Assembly: GCA_964016885.1 (NCBI GenBank)
Contig: CAXHJY010001405.1
Span: forward strand, 1-64,000
Source of the DNA: Eledone cirrhosa
Taxonomy: Eukaryota
Length of the DNA: 64,000 nt
Direction of reading: 5' to 3'
The notes under the pieces were generated by a model, which worked only from the letters and a program-made list of their open reading frames with translations, ran no database searches and was not told where the DNA came from. Below, in pieces: positions 15,501-29,837 of the stretch. Position numbers and translations under genes: made by a program. Numbering within the stretch: position 1 is the first letter of the stretch; each line of letters starts with the position of its first letter.

Positions 15501-16477
15501 CTACATATCCAGTGCTTTTATCGAGAATGACACAGCTAGAGACTTATAGAATACTTAGCTGTGTACAGGAACTGGTTTGAAAGAGCGGTTGCCGGTCCGG
15601 CAGAAATTAGAAATTGGAATAAATGCTCTGAAATAGCGATATATATGTGAATATAGACATAGAATATTCGAAAATATTCTGTATGTTTATAATAAACATT
15701 TTGAAGACCTAATCGCTATAGAATAGAATACGTCACGTATTACAATTAGATTCTCGATAAAAGCAAGGGAAGTAATCTACGCGTTTCATTCTTGTTAGAA
15801 TTCATCAGGACTACATATCCAGTGCTTTTATCGAGAATGACACAGCTAGAGACTTATAGAATACTTAGCTGTGTACAGCAACCGCTCTTTCAAACCAGTT
15901 CCTGTACACAGCTAAGTATTCTATAAGTCTCTAGCTGTGTCATTCTCGATAAAAGCACTGGATATGTAGTCCTGATGAATTCTAACAAGAATGAAACGCG
16001 TAGATTACTTCCCTTGCTTTTATCGAGAATCTAATTGTAATACGTGACGTATTCTATTCTATAGCGATTAGGTCTTCAAAATGTTTATTATAAACATACA
16101 GAATATTTTCGAATATTCTATGTCTATATTCACATATATATCGCTATTTCAGAGCATTTATTCCAATTTCTAATTTCTGCCGGACCGGCAACCGCTCTTT
16201 CAAACCAGTTCCTGTACACAGCTAAGTATTCTATAAGTCTCTAGCTGTGTCATTCTCGATAAAAGCACTGGATATGTAGTCCTGATGAATTCTAACAAGA
16301 ATGAAACGCGTAGATTACTTCCCTTGCTTTTATCGAGAATCTAATTGTAATACGTGACGTATTCTATTCTATAGCGATTAGGTCTTCAAAATGTTTATTA
16401 TAAACATACAGAATATTTTCGAATATTCTATGTCTATATTCACATATATATCGCTATTTCAGAGCATTTATTCCAAT
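12549..16477. repeat. 310-bp hammerhead-bearing tandem array 2: about 10.7 units on minus plus 1.9 inverted units on plus
   Basis: Period 310 (aaattggaat at 14681, 14991, 15301, 15611); flips at about 15878; ends ...ttattccaat into (TA)n. Confidence 0.95.
15942..16030 (+). ncRNA. Type I hammerhead ribozyme (310-bp family, fully paired helix II)
   Basis: gtagtc-CTGATGA-attct aaca agaat-GAAA-cgcg-TA-gattac at 15966-16008; second plus-strand copy at 16252-16340; one copy per minus-strand unit across 12549-15878. Confidence 0.88.
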
Positions 16478-16511
16478 ATATATATATATATAATATATAT
16501 ATATAATATAT

Positions 16512-16555
<44 letters not shown>

Positions 16556-16656
16556 TATAATATATATATATATAATATATATATAATATATATATAATAT
16601 ATCTATATAATATATATATATATAATATATATATAATATATATCTATATACTATAT

Positions 16657-16699
<43 letters not shown>

Positions 16700-16805
16700 T
16701 ATATAATATATATATATATATATAATATATATATATATATAATATATATATATATAATATATATATATAATATAAATATATATATATATATATATATAAT
16801 ATATA

Positions 16806-17801
16806 TAATTAAGAATGTAGGATTCACATGCAGCAGCTGTGCTGAAACAGCAAGCAAACAGCCACAGGAAACAAGTACCACCAATCTCTGGGAGGGCCCT
16901 GTAGAAACAGTAGACAGCTTCTGCTACCTAGGTGACCGAATTAGCAACGGAGGTGGGTGCTCAGAAAGTACAATAACTAGGGTAAGAACGGGATGGAAGA
17001 AGTTTAGGGAACTACTACCACTGCTAGCTGCAAAAGGCTTCTCCCTCAGAATGAAAGGCAGACTGTATGATGCGTGTATCCGAACAGCGATGTTGCATGG
17101 TAGTGAGACCTGGGCGCTGAAGGTGGAAGACTTACGTAGATTAGAGAGAAACGAAGCCTGCATGCTCCGATGGATGTGTAACAGTAATATACGTGAACGA
17201 CAAAGCATAAAGGAATTGAGAGAGAGACTGAGCATAAGAGGAATCAAATGCTGCGTGCAGGAGAGGCGGTTACGCTGGTATGGGCATGTGATGCGTATGA
17301 AGGATGACAGCTGCATAAAAAGGTGCAGAGCACTAGAAGTTGATGGAAACCGCGGAGTGGGGAGACCCAAGATGACTTGGGATGAGGTGATAAAAGCCGA
17401 CCTTACCCAGCTACACCTCTCAAAGTCAATGACACACGACCGTGACTTCTGGCGTCACGCAGTAATACAGGGTACCCGGCCTCCCATGGGTACATGCTGA
17501 AGCATATAAACAATATGCCCCCCCCCCACCGCAAGGTGGTCGTGGAGGTGCCACGGCAAAAAAGCACCCAGCCCACACTGTAAAGTGGACGTGTAGGCGC
17601 CACGAAAAAGCACCCAGCACTCACTGTAAATGAGGTTGGTGTTAGGAAGGGCATCCAGCTGTAGAAATCAAGCCAGATCAGTTCCTGTATGAGCAAGGCA
17701 TGGTCAGCCGACCAGACACTGCCCACAACAGGACAACCCGTCTAACCCATGCTAGCGTGGAAGAACGGACGTGAAACGGTGATGATGATGATGATGATGA
17801 T
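16806..17801 (+). mobile_element. RTE family B, 5'-truncated copy (short)
   Basis: C-terminal ORF (FCYLGDRIS, RRLRWYGHVMRM, stop at 17500), 3'UTR and (GAT)n tail. Confidence 0.93.
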
Positions 17802-17908
17802 ATAATATATATAATATATATATATATATATAATATATATATATATATAATATATATAATATATATAATATATATATATATATATATAATATATATAAAA
17901 TATATATA

Positions 17909-17957
<49 letters not shown>

Positions 17958-18003
17958 TATAATATATATAATATATATAATATATTTATATATATATATA
18001 TAT

Positions 18004-18070
<67 letters not shown>

Positions 18071-18078
18071 TATAATAT

Positions 18079-18275
18079 AATGAAGGAAATGTGGTAAAGA
18101 ACCAGGTGGACCATAACGCACCAAAGTACTCAATAATTGAGGTAGTAGAGTGGGTAATAGGAACCAGTAAGACCCCGACAGCTGAGCTCAAGCCGTTTCG
18201 ACGGCTAATTCATGAATTATGAATTAGCCGTCGAAACGGCTTGAGCTCAGCTGTCGGGGTCTTACTGGTTCCTAT
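18079..18275. mobile_element. Fold-back mini-element with 57-bp inverted arms carrying the 3' half of a hammerhead
   Basis: Arms at 18157-18213 and 18219-18275 with a 5-nt spacer; GAAAC-ggcttgagctcagct-GTC-ggggtc at 18233-18261; duplicated at 26406-26602. Confidence 0.7.
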
Positions 18276-18602
18276 ATATAATATATATATATATATATAA
18301 TATATATATATAATATATATATAATATATATATATATATAATATATATATAATATATAATATATATATAATATATATATAATATATATATATAATATATA
18401 TATATATATAATATATATATAATATATATATAATATATATATATAATATATATATATAATATATATATAATATATATATATATATAATATATATAATATA
18501 TATAATATATATATAATATATATAATATATATAATATATATAATATATATATATAATATATATATATAATATATATATATAATATATAATATATATATAT
18601 AT

Positions 18603-18677
18603 GGGACTACCCCCGTCCAAACCCATGCAAGCGTGGAACACGGACGTTAAACGTTGATGATGATGATGATGATGATA
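18603..18677 (+). mobile_element. RTE family A, extreme 3' tail fragment
   Basis: Matches the reverse complement of 49468-49543 and ends in (GAT)n; duplicated at 26959-27032. Confidence 0.85.
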
Positions 18678-18681
18678 ATAT

Positions 18682-18740
<59 letters not shown>

Positions 18741-18766
18741 ATATATATATATATATAATATATATA

Positions 18767-21482
18767 ATCATCATCATCATCATCATCATCAGGTTTAGCG
18801 TCCGTGTTCCACGCTTGCATGGGTTTGGACGGGGGATTTCCCTCTTGAGGCAAGAGTGGTTGTCTTGCTCGCATAGGACTGTCTGGCGGGTTTTCTACAG
18901 TTGGATGCCCTTCCTAACACCAACCACATTTACAATGTGGGGCTGGGAGGTTTTTACCGTGTTGCCTACACGGCCACATTACAGCGTGGACTGTCTGGCG
19001 GGTTTTCTACAGCTGGATGCCCTTCCTAACACCAACCACATTTACAGTGTGGGGCTGGGAGGTTTTTACCGTGTTGCCTACACGGCCACATTTACAGCGT
19101 GGACTGTGTGTTTTTTTGTCGTGACACCTACACGATCTCATTTGTTTCAGCCTGGATGTTGTGGGACCAACATAACTTTACATTGAAAGGGGCGGTGTGG
19201 ATGGGGTGGAGGTGGTGGGACGGGGGGGGGGGGGGGGTTGTTTTGATAGAGATGCCTACTGACTGTAGTAGGTTTTTACTTTGTATTTAGGTAAGGCGGG
19301 TCTTCTCTATTACTGAGTACCGCCAAAGGTCTCGGTCCAGTGACATTGTCTTGGAGAGGTGTAAGCGTGTGAGGTCGGAACTTATCAGCTTGTCCCATGT
19401 TTTTCTGGGTCTGCCTACTCCGTGGCTACCGTCTATCTTTATTGCCCTGCACTTTGTTATACAGCTGTCGTCTTTCATGCGCATCACGTGACCGTACCAA
19501 CGTAGCCTTCTCTCGAGTAAACAACATCGGATCCCTCTTATTTCAAATTTTTTCCTTAGTTCGTTTATGCTTTGCCGTTCACGTATATTACTATTGCACA
19601 TCCAGCGGAGCATGCAAGCTTCGTTCCTCTCTAGTCTGCGTATATCCTCTGCACACAATGCCCAGGTCTCACTGCCATGCAGCATTGCTGTTCCTATGCA
19701 GGCATCGTATAACCTGCCTTTCATTTTTAGGGAGAACCCTCTAGCGGCTAATAGTGGTATAAGCTCTCTGAACTTTTTCCATCCAGTTCTGACTCTAGCT
19801 ACTGTACTTTCAGAGCACCCTCCCCCACTGCTGATTTTGTCACCCAGGTAACGGAAGCTGTCCACTATTTCTATAGAACCCTCTGCGCAGTTGAAGGAGC
19901 TAGTATTTTGTGGGCACTTGCTGCTACTTATTGCACCAGAGCACCGGCCACATGTAAAATCTATGTTCTTAGTTAGCTTACCTGTGATCCCACTACATCT
20001 TTTATGCACCCATACTTTGCATTTGGGACATAAAATGGAGTTTCTACCTACGCCTTTCCTACACACTGAGCATGGCCATTTCCCAGATGGGACTGCCGCC
20101 TTATTTTCTTTCCTACAAACTAGAACTTTAGTCTTAGCCAGGTTAATTTTAAGGCCTTTTGATTCTAGGCCGTGCTTCCATGTTTGGAATTTCTTCTCTA
20201 GTTCGGTCATTGATTCAGCTATGAGCGTTAGATCATCTGCGTATAGGAGTTCCCATGGGCAGCCGGTCTTGAACTCCTCTGTTATAGCCTGAAGGGCAAT
20301 AATAAATAGTAGGGGGCTAAGAACAGAGCCCTGATGGACACCAACTTTTACGCTAAACTCTTCACTATATTCGTTGTTAATTCTAACCTTACTGACTGTT
20401 TCTTTATACATGGCTTGTATAGCTCTCACAAGCCATTCGTCAACACCTAGTTTTCTAAGAGACCACCAGATAATGGAACGGGGGACTCTGTCGAAGGCTT
20501 TCTCCAAGTCGACGAAAGCTAAGTATAGGGGTTTACTTTTAGCTAGGTACTTCTCCTGTAGTTGTCGTACAATGAAAAGAGCGTCTGTGGTACTTTTGCC
20601 AGACACAAACCCGAACTGCATTTCATCTAGATCAATTCTCTCTCTGATTAGTTGCGCTATTACTTTTTCCGTAACCTTCATGACCTGGTCGATTAATTTA
20701 ATGCCTCTATAGTTACTCCTATCTAGGGCATCTCCTTTTCCCTTATAGCAGTTAACGATGATGCTGCTACGCCAGTCCTTTGGAACAACCCCATTCTGTA
20801 CGACTTGGTTAACTATCCGGGTGACCATGGTGTGTCCCACCGAACCAGATGCCTTCAGCATCTCAGCAACTATTTCCGAAGGACCAGCCGCCTTACCCGT
20901 CTTCATATCTTTGATTGCCTTGCTTATTGTACTACCCTGGACTAACACTGCTGGTCCCTCTATTGGGTCGATGTGGGGGAGACTGTCTTTCTCCCATTTG
21001 TTCTCCTCATTTAGAAGCCTTTCGTAGTGACACTTCCAAGCTACCTTCTTATCAGCGTCGGTGATGGCAATTATGCCATCATCGTTAAGTACACACTTCT
21101 CCCCGACAATATCACGGTTTTCCTTGACACATTGCCTGGCAATCCTGAACACCTCACGTTTTTGGTCCTCACGTTGTAGAACATGCTTGAACTTTCTTTC
21201 CTCTGCTTCCCTTCTTGCGAAGTACACTTGTCTCCTAGCCACTTGATAGTCTTCTCTACTTCCCCCATCCCGCCATGCTTTCCAAGCCTGCTTTTTGGCC
21301 TTAATTGACTCCTCCACCTTACTGTTCCACCACCATGTTACTCTCCTCCTACCTACAGGCCTGCTCTAGCCAGAGACTTCGTCTGCCGCCGTCAGCAGGT
21401 TTGCTCTCAGGAATTCCCACTGTTCCTCTATATTATACGACTCTAATTGCTCTTCCTTACTGTCGAAAGCGTCAAATAATAT
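18767..21482 (-). mobile_element. RTE family A, 5'-truncated; RT and PHD-like ORF open to its stop, 3'UTR with an internal ~113-bp duplication
   Basis: ORF 19287..21317 (676 aa) with YADD; (GAT)n tail at 18767-18790; EN domain absent. Confidence 0.95.
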
Positions 21483-21875
21483 ATTTATATATATAATATA
21501 TATATATATATAATATATATATATATATAATATATATATATAATATATATATATTATATATATATATAATATATATATAATATATAATATATATATATAT
21601 AATATATATATATTATATAATATATATATAATATATATATATATAATATATATATAATATATAATATATATATAATATATATATATATAATATATATATA
21701 ATATATAATATATATATATATAATATATATATAATATATAATATATAATATATATATAATATATAATATATATATAATATATATATATACATAATATATA
21801 TATAATATATAATACATATATATATAATATATATATAATATATAATATATATATATATAATATATATATAATATA

Positions 21876-23159
21876 CTAGCATTAAAGCCCGGCGTTGCTC
21901 GGGGTCATTAAGTTACCAAAGTTAGGTTGCAGCACTTTTTTGTCTGCCAGGCACTGGGTGAATGAATTGCAGACCTGGAAGCATGAGCTGCGCCAGCAGT
22001 GACAATTGTAGTTTCGCCTATGGATATTATCTCTGTGCAAAAAAGTGTTGAAATTTACTGTTTCACAGTACTTGCGCAACACGCGAGTAGACGATGCCAG
22101 CCGAACAACAGAGCTGCGATGGAGTTGTTCTGCATGGTTGTCTGTGTGTTTTCTAAATTTAAGACAGTAGGGAGGGTTGTGATATGAGGGAGAGTTAGCT
22201 GTTGTTTCTAGCAGGTTTAGTGACCTCATAGAGGATATGTGTTTTCTAAATTTAGGACAGTAGGGAGTGGTGTGATATGAGTCAGAGTTAGCTGCTGTTT
22301 CTAGCAGGTTTAGTGACCTCATAGAGGATATGTGTTTTCTAAATTTAAGACAGTAGAGAGGGGTGTGATATGGGGGAGAGTTAGCTGCTGTTTCTAGCAG
22401 GTTTAGTTACCTCATAGAGGATATGTTTTCTAAATTTAAGACAGTAGGGAGGGGTATGATATGGGGGAGAGTTAGCTGCTGTTTCTAGCAGGTTTAGTAA
22501 CCTCATAGAGGATATGTGTTTTCTAAATTTAAGACAGTAGGGAGTGGTGTGATATGAGGGAGAGTTAGCTGCTGTTTCTAGCAGGTTTAGTAACCTCATA
22601 GAGGATATGTGTTTTCTAAATTTAAGACAGTAGGGAGTGGTGTGATATGAGGGAGAGTTAGCTGCTGTTTCTAGCAGGTTTAGTGACCTCATAGAGGATA
22701 TTATTGTTTATCATCTATATATATAAAACTGACTGCACGCGTAACGAAATTTACAGATACATATATTTTAAATAAACTTATATAATTTTTGCTTTTTTTT
22801 ACGAAATATTTGCTTGTTTTACGTAGTCTTTAAATAGACTTGTTTTCAAGTAAAAATTATTGTGTTAATGTCATTTTAAACGCTGAGAAAGCCAGCGTAA
22901 TTTTTTTAATTTTTGCACGCAGACGCTCAATGTAAACAGAACAAAGGGAAATAACTGATCACTTACGCTCAAAAATCGATACATTATATTCGATTTCGTC
23001 AGATAGGGCGGGTCAATTTGAAATATTTTTTTTCCGATGTCTTCGCTAGGGCTCAATGTACAAGTATAGCAATTTCGGTGCAATTCCGTGAGAGATTCTA
23101 AGAGGAGATGTGTGCCAAAAATCGATAGACAGACAACCACAGTTTTATATATATATAGA
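21876..23159 (-). mobile_element. Non-autonomous Helitron containing a 93-bp minisatellite
   Basis: Minus strand starts A|TCTATATATATATAAAACTGTGG and ends with a GC-rich hairpin (cccgagcaacgccggg) followed by CTAG|T; no TSD. Confidence 0.8.
22145..22700. repeat. 93-bp minisatellite, about 6 copies
   Basis: Unit tgtgttttctaaatttaagacagtagggag...cctcatagaggata; duplicated at 30502-31057. Confidence 0.9.
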
Positions 23160-23273
23160 TAATATATATATAATAAATAATATATATATAATATATAATA
23201 TATATAATATATATATAATATATATATAATATATAATATATATATAATATATATATAATATATATATAATATA

Positions 23274-24169
23274 CTAGCAGTAAAGCCCGGCGTTGCTCGG
23301 GGTCGCCCAGTAGCTGTGTTAAAGTTACAATGTTAAGTTTCTTTCTTGGCTTAAAAACTGTAGTGTCTACTGTGCAGACTTGCATGTGGTGTTTTTGATT
23401 AATATTCCCTCAACCAACAATATGCCTTATGAAGTTAAGAAAACATAACGATAACCCGAATGTTATAACAAAAGAGGATGCTGGGGATAGAAACTGCACT
23501 GGTTATTTATTAACAAAGATCGAAAATGTAAACACTGCAACGCAGAGAAAAACATTAGCGTAACCAAATTATCAGTTATGTCTGTCTGCACGCCTATATC
23601 ACCTCTCTGCACGACTGTCTGTCTGCACGCCTATATCACCTCTCTGCACGACTATCAGTCTGCACGCCTATATCACCTCTCTGCACGACTGTCTGTCTGC
23701 ACGCCTATATCACCTCTCTGCACGACTGTGTCTGCACGCCTAACGACGAAATATTTGCTTGTTTTACGTAGTCTTTAAATAGACTTGTTTTCAAGTAAAA
23801 ATATTGTTTTAAAATGCTTTTAAATGGAAATGAAGCAAAACGGAAGCTTAGTGTTCGAACTGATGAATTTTGCAGGTCAATATTTTGCTGGCTCGACAAC
23901 TGTTAAAGCCAGCGTAATTTTTTACGTAAGACGCTCAATGTAAACAGAACAAAGGGAAATAACTGATAACTTACGCTCAAAAATCGATACATTATATTCG
24001 ATTTCGTCACATAGGGTGGGTCAATTTGAAATATTTTTTTTCCGATGTCTTCGCTAGGGCTCAATGTACAAGTATAGCAATTTCGGTGCAATTCCGTGAG
24101 AGATTCTAAGAGGAGATGTGTGCCGAAAATCGATAGACAGACAGACAACCACAGTTTTATATATATAGA
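23274..24169 (-). mobile_element. Non-autonomous Helitron, same termini, different interior (about 38-bp minisatellite x4 at 23579-23740)
   Basis: Same 5' TC end and about 260 bp of 5' sequence as 21876-23159; same hairpin plus CTAG 3' end. Confidence 0.8.
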
Positions 24170-24566
24170 TAATATATATATATAATATATAATATATATA
24201 TAATATATATATATAATATATATATAATAATATATATATATAATATATAATATATATATAATATATAATATATATATAATATATAATATATATATAATAT
24301 ATAATATATAATATAATATATAATATATATATAATATATAATATAATATATAATATATAATATAATATATAATATATAATATATATATAATATATATATA
24401 ATATAATATATAATATAATATATAATATATATATAATATATATATAATATAATATATAATATATATATAATATATATATAATATAATATATAATATATAT
24501 ATAATATATATATAATATATATATATATAATATATATATATATAATATATATATATAATATATATA

Positions 24567-26128
24567 TAAAAGTAAGCCACTCTACTTGGCATTTGTCGAC
24601 CTTGAGAAAGCCTTTGACAGAGTTCCACGTGCAGTAATCTGGTGGGCTCTTAGAAAACTAGGAGTAGATGAATGGCTTGTGAAAGCGGTACAAGCCATGT
24701 ATAGGGGAGCAGTCAGCAAAGTTAGGATTGGCAATGAGTATAGCGAGGAATTTAGCGTACAGGTTGGGGTCCACCAGGGCTCTGTTCTTAGCCCTCTCCT
24801 GTTCATCATAGTCCTGCAGGCAATAACGGAGGAGTTTAAGACCGGATGCCCATGGGAACTCCTGTATGCTGATGACCTCGCACTCATAGCTGAATCTATG
24901 GTAGAACTAGAGAATAAATTCCAAACCTGGAAGCAGGGACTAGAGAGAAAGGGCCTCAAAGTCAACATGACAAAGACTAAGGTCCTTATAAGTAGACGAG
25001 AAAACAGAACCCAGATCCCCTCAGGGAAATGGCCTTGCTCAGTATGTAGGAAAGGTGTAGGTAGGAACTCCATTCTCTGCCCCAAATGCAAACAATGGGT
25101 ACACAAGAGATGTAGCGGGATCTCAGGAAGCTTAATTAAGAATGTAGGATTCACATGCAGCAGCTGTGCTGAAACAGCAAGCAAACAGCCACAGGAAACA
25201 AGTACCACCAATCTCTGGGAGGGCCCTGTAGAAACAGTAGACAGCTTCTGCTACCTAGGTGACCGAATTAGCAACGGAGGTGGGTGCTCAGAAAGTACAA
25301 TAACTAGGGTAAGAACGGGATGGAAGAAGTTTAGGGAACTACTACCACTGCTAGCTGCAAAAGGCTTCTCCCTCAGAATGAAAGGCAGACTGTATGATGC
25401 GTGTATCCGAACAGCGATGTTGCATGGTAGTGAGACCTGGGCGCTGAAGGTGGAAGACTTACGTAGATTAGAGAGAAACGAAGCCTGCATGCTCCGATGG
25501 ATGTGTAACAGTAATATACGTGAACGACAAAGCATAAATGAATTGAGAGAGAGACTGAGCATAAGAGGAATCAAATGCTGCGTGCAGGAGAGGCGGTTAC
25601 GCTGGTATGGGCATGTGATGCGTATGAAGGATGACAGCTGCATAAAAAGGTGCAGAGCACTAGAAGTTGATGGAAACCGCGGAGTGGGGAGACCCAAGAT
25701 GACTTGGGATGAGGTGATAAAAGCCGACCTTACCCAGCTACACCTCTCAAAGTCAATGACACACGACCGTGACTTCTGGCGTCACGCAGTAATACAGGGT
25801 ACCCGGCCTCCCATGGGTACATGCTGAAGCATATAAACAATATGCCCCCCCCCCACCGCAAGGTGGTCGTGGAGGTGCCACGGCAAAAAAGCACCCAGCC
25901 CACACTGTAAAGTGGACGTGTAGGCGCCACGAAAAAGCACCCAGCACTCACTGTAAATGAGGTTGGTGTTAGGAAGGGCATCCAGCTGTAGAAATCAAGC
26001 CAGATCAGTTCCTGTATGAGCAAGGCATGGTCAGCCGACCAGACACTGCCCACAACAGGACAACCCGTCTAACCCATGCTAGCGTGGAAGAACGGACGTG
26101 AAACGGTGATGATGATGATGATGATGAT
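24567..26128 (+). mobile_element. RTE family B, 5'-truncated copy (hybrid at the duplication junction)
   Basis: ORF 24586..25827 with RT motifs (YADD) and PHD-like finger; 3'UTR; (GAT)n tail. Confidence 0.95.
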
Positions 26129-26235
26129 ATAATATATATAATATATATATATATATATAATATATATATATATATAATATATATAATATATATAATATAT
26201 ATATATATATATATAATATATATAAAATATATATA

Positions 26236-26284
<49 letters not shown>

Positions 26285-26297
26285 TATAATATATATA

Positions 26298-26397
<100 letters not shown>

Positions 26398-27037
26398 TAT
26401 AATATAATGAAGGAAATGTGGTAAAGAACCAGGTGGACCATAACGCACCAAAGTACTCAATAATTGAGGTAGTAGAGTGGGTAATAGGAACCAGTAAGAC
26501 CCCGACAGCTGAGCTCAAGCCGTTTCGACGGCTAATTCATGAATTATGAATTAGCCGTCGAAACGGCTTGAGCTCAGCTGTCGGGGTCTTACTGGTTCCT
26601 ATATATAATATATATATATATATATAATATATATATATAATATATATATAATATATATATATATATAATATATATATAATATATAATATATATATAATAT
26701 ATATATAATATATAATATATATATAATATATATATAATATATATATATAATATATATATATATATAATATATATATAATATATATATAATATATATATAT
26801 AATATATATATATAATATATATATAATATATATATATATATAATATATATAATATATATAATATATATATAATATATATAATATATATAATATATATAAT
26901 ATATATATATAATATATATATATAATATATATATATAATATATAATATATATATATATGGGACTACCCCCGTCCAAACCCATGCAAGCGTGGAACACGGA
27001 CGTTAAACGTTGATGATGATGATGATGATGATAATAT

Positions 27038-27096
<59 letters not shown>

Positions 27097-27122
27097 ATAT
27101 ATATATATATATAATATATATA

Positions 27123-29837
27123 ATCATCATCATCATCATCATCATCAGGTTTAGCGTCCGTGTTCCACGCTTGCATGGGTTTGGACGGGGGATTTCCCTC
27201 TTGAGGCAAGAGTGGTTGTCTTGCTCGCATAGGACTGTCTGGCGGGTTTTCTACAGTTGGATGCCCTTCCTAACACCAACCACATTTACAATGTGGGGCT
27301 GGGAGGTTTTTACCGTGTTGCCTACACGGCCACATTACAGCGTGGACTGTCTGGCGGGTTTTCTACAGCTGGATGCCCTTCCTAACACCAACCACATTTA
27401 CAGTGTGGGGCTGGGAGGTTTTTACCGTGTTGCCTACACGGCCACATTTACAGCGTGGACTGTGTGTTTTTTTGTCGTGACACCTACACGATCTCATTTG
27501 TTTCAGCCTGGATGTTGTGGGACCAACATAACTTTACATTGAAAGGGGCGGTGTGGATGGGGTGGAGGTGGTGGGACGGGGGGGGGGGGGGGTTGTTTTG
27601 ATAGAGATGCCTACTGACTGTAGTAGGTTTTTACTTTGTATTTAGGTAAGGCGGGTCTTCTCTATTACTGAGTACCGCCAAAGGTCTCGGTCCAGTGACA
27701 TTGTCTTGGAGAGGTGTAAGCGTGTGAGGTCGGAACTTATCAGCTTGTCCCATGTTTTTCTGGGTCTGCCTACTCCGTGGCTACCGTCTATCTTTATTGC
27801 CCTGCACTTTGTTATACAGCTGTCGTCTTTCATGCGCATCACGTGACCGTACCAACGTAGCCTTCTCTCGAGTAAACAACATCGGATCCCTCTTATTTCA
27901 AATTTTTTCCTTAGTTCGTTTATGCTTTGCCGTTCACGTATATTACTATTGCACATCCAGCGGAGCATGCAAGCTTCGTTCCTCTCTAGTCTGCGTATAT
28001 CCTCTGCACACAATGCCCAGGTCTCACTGCCATGCAGCATTGCTGTTCCTATGCAGGCATCGTATAACCTGCCTTTCATTTTTAGGGAGAACCCTCTAGC
28101 GGCTAATAGTGGTATAAGCTCTCTGAACTTTTTCCATCCAGTTCTGACTCTAGCTACTGTACTTTCAGAGCACCCTCCCCCACTGCTGATTTTGTCACCC
28201 AGGTAACGGAAGCTGTCCACTATTTCTATAGAACCCTCTGCGCAGTTGAAGGAGCTAGTATTTTGTGGGCACTTGCTGCTACTTATTGCACCAGAGCACC
28301 GGCCACATGTAAAATCTATGTTCTTAGTTAGCTTACCTGTGATCCCACTACATCTTTTATGCACCCATACTTTGCATTTGGGACATAAAATGGAGTTTCT
28401 ACCTACGCCTTTCCTACACACTGAGCATGGCCATTTCCCAGATGGGACTGCCGCCTTATTTTCTTTCCTACAAACTAGAACTTTAGTCTTAGCCAGGTTA
28501 ATTTTAAGGCCTTTTGATTCTAGGCCGTGCTTCCATGTTTGGAATTTCTTCTCTAGTTCGGTCATTGATTCAGCTATGAGCGTTAGATCATCTGCGTATA
28601 GGAGTTCCCATGGGCAGCCGGTCTTGAACTCCTCTGTTATAGCCTGAAGGGCAATAATAAATAGTAGGGGGCTAAGAACAGAGCCCTGATGGACACCAAC
28701 TTTTACGCTAAACTCTTCACTATATTCGTTGTTAATTCTAACCTTACTGACTGTTTCTTTATACATGGCTTGTATAGCTCTCACAAGCCATTCGTCAACA
28801 CCTAGTTTTCTAAGAGACCACCAGATAATGGAACGGGGGACTCTGTCGAAGGCTTTCTCCAAGTCGACGAAAGCTAAGTATAGGGGTTTACTTTTAGCTA
28901 GGTACTTCTCCTGTAGTTGTCGTACAATGAAAAGAGCGTCTGTGGTACTTTTGCCAGACACAAACCCGAACTGCATTTCATCTAGATCAATTCTCTCTCT
29001 GATTAGTTGCGCTATTACTTTTTCCGTAACCTTCATGACCTGGTCGATTAATTTAATGCCTCTATAGTTACTCCTATCTAGGGCATCTCCTTTTCCCTTA
29101 TAGCAGTTAACGATGATGCTGCTACGCCAGTCCTTTGGAACAACCCCATTCTGTACGACTTGGTTAACTATCCGGGTGACCATGGTGTGTCCCACCGAAC
29201 CAGATGCCTTCAGCATCTCAGCAACTATTTCCGAAGGACCAGCCGCCTTACCCGTCTTCATATCTTTGATTGCCTTGCTTATTGTACTACCCTGGACTAA
29301 CACTGCTGGTCCCTCTATTGGGTCGATGTGGGGGAGACTGTCTTTCTCCCATTTGTTCTCCTCATTTAGAAGCCTTTCGTAGTGACACTTCCAAGCTACC
29401 TTCTTATCAGCGTCGGTGATGGCAATTATGCCATCATCGTTAAGTACACACTTCTCCCCGACAATATCACGGTTTTCCTTGACACATTGCCTGGCAATCC
29501 TGAACACCTCACGTTTTTGGTCCTCACGTTGTAGAACATGCTTGAACTTTCTTTCCTCTGCTTCCCTTCTTGCGAAGTACACTTGTCTCCTAGCCACTTG
29601 ATAGTCTTCTCTACTTCCCCCATCCCGCCATGCTTTCCAAGCCTGCTTTTTGGCCTTAATTGACTCCTCCACCTTACTGTTCCACCACCATGTTACTCTC
29701 CTCCTACCTACAGGCCTGCTCTAGCCAGAGACTTCGTCTGCCGCCGTCAGCAGGTTTGCTCTCAGGAATTCCCACTGTTCCTCTATATTATACGACTCTA
29801 ATTGCTCTTCCTTACTGTCGAAAGCGTCAAATAATAT
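27123..29837 (-). mobile_element. RTE family A, 5'-truncated (duplicate of 18767-21482)
   Basis: ORF 27642..29672 is identical in protein to 19287..21317. Confidence 0.95.

Noticed and set aside
21882-22692. ORFs with 31-aa repeats
   Set aside because: By-product of the 93-bp minisatellite inside a Helitron; the frame breaks between units.
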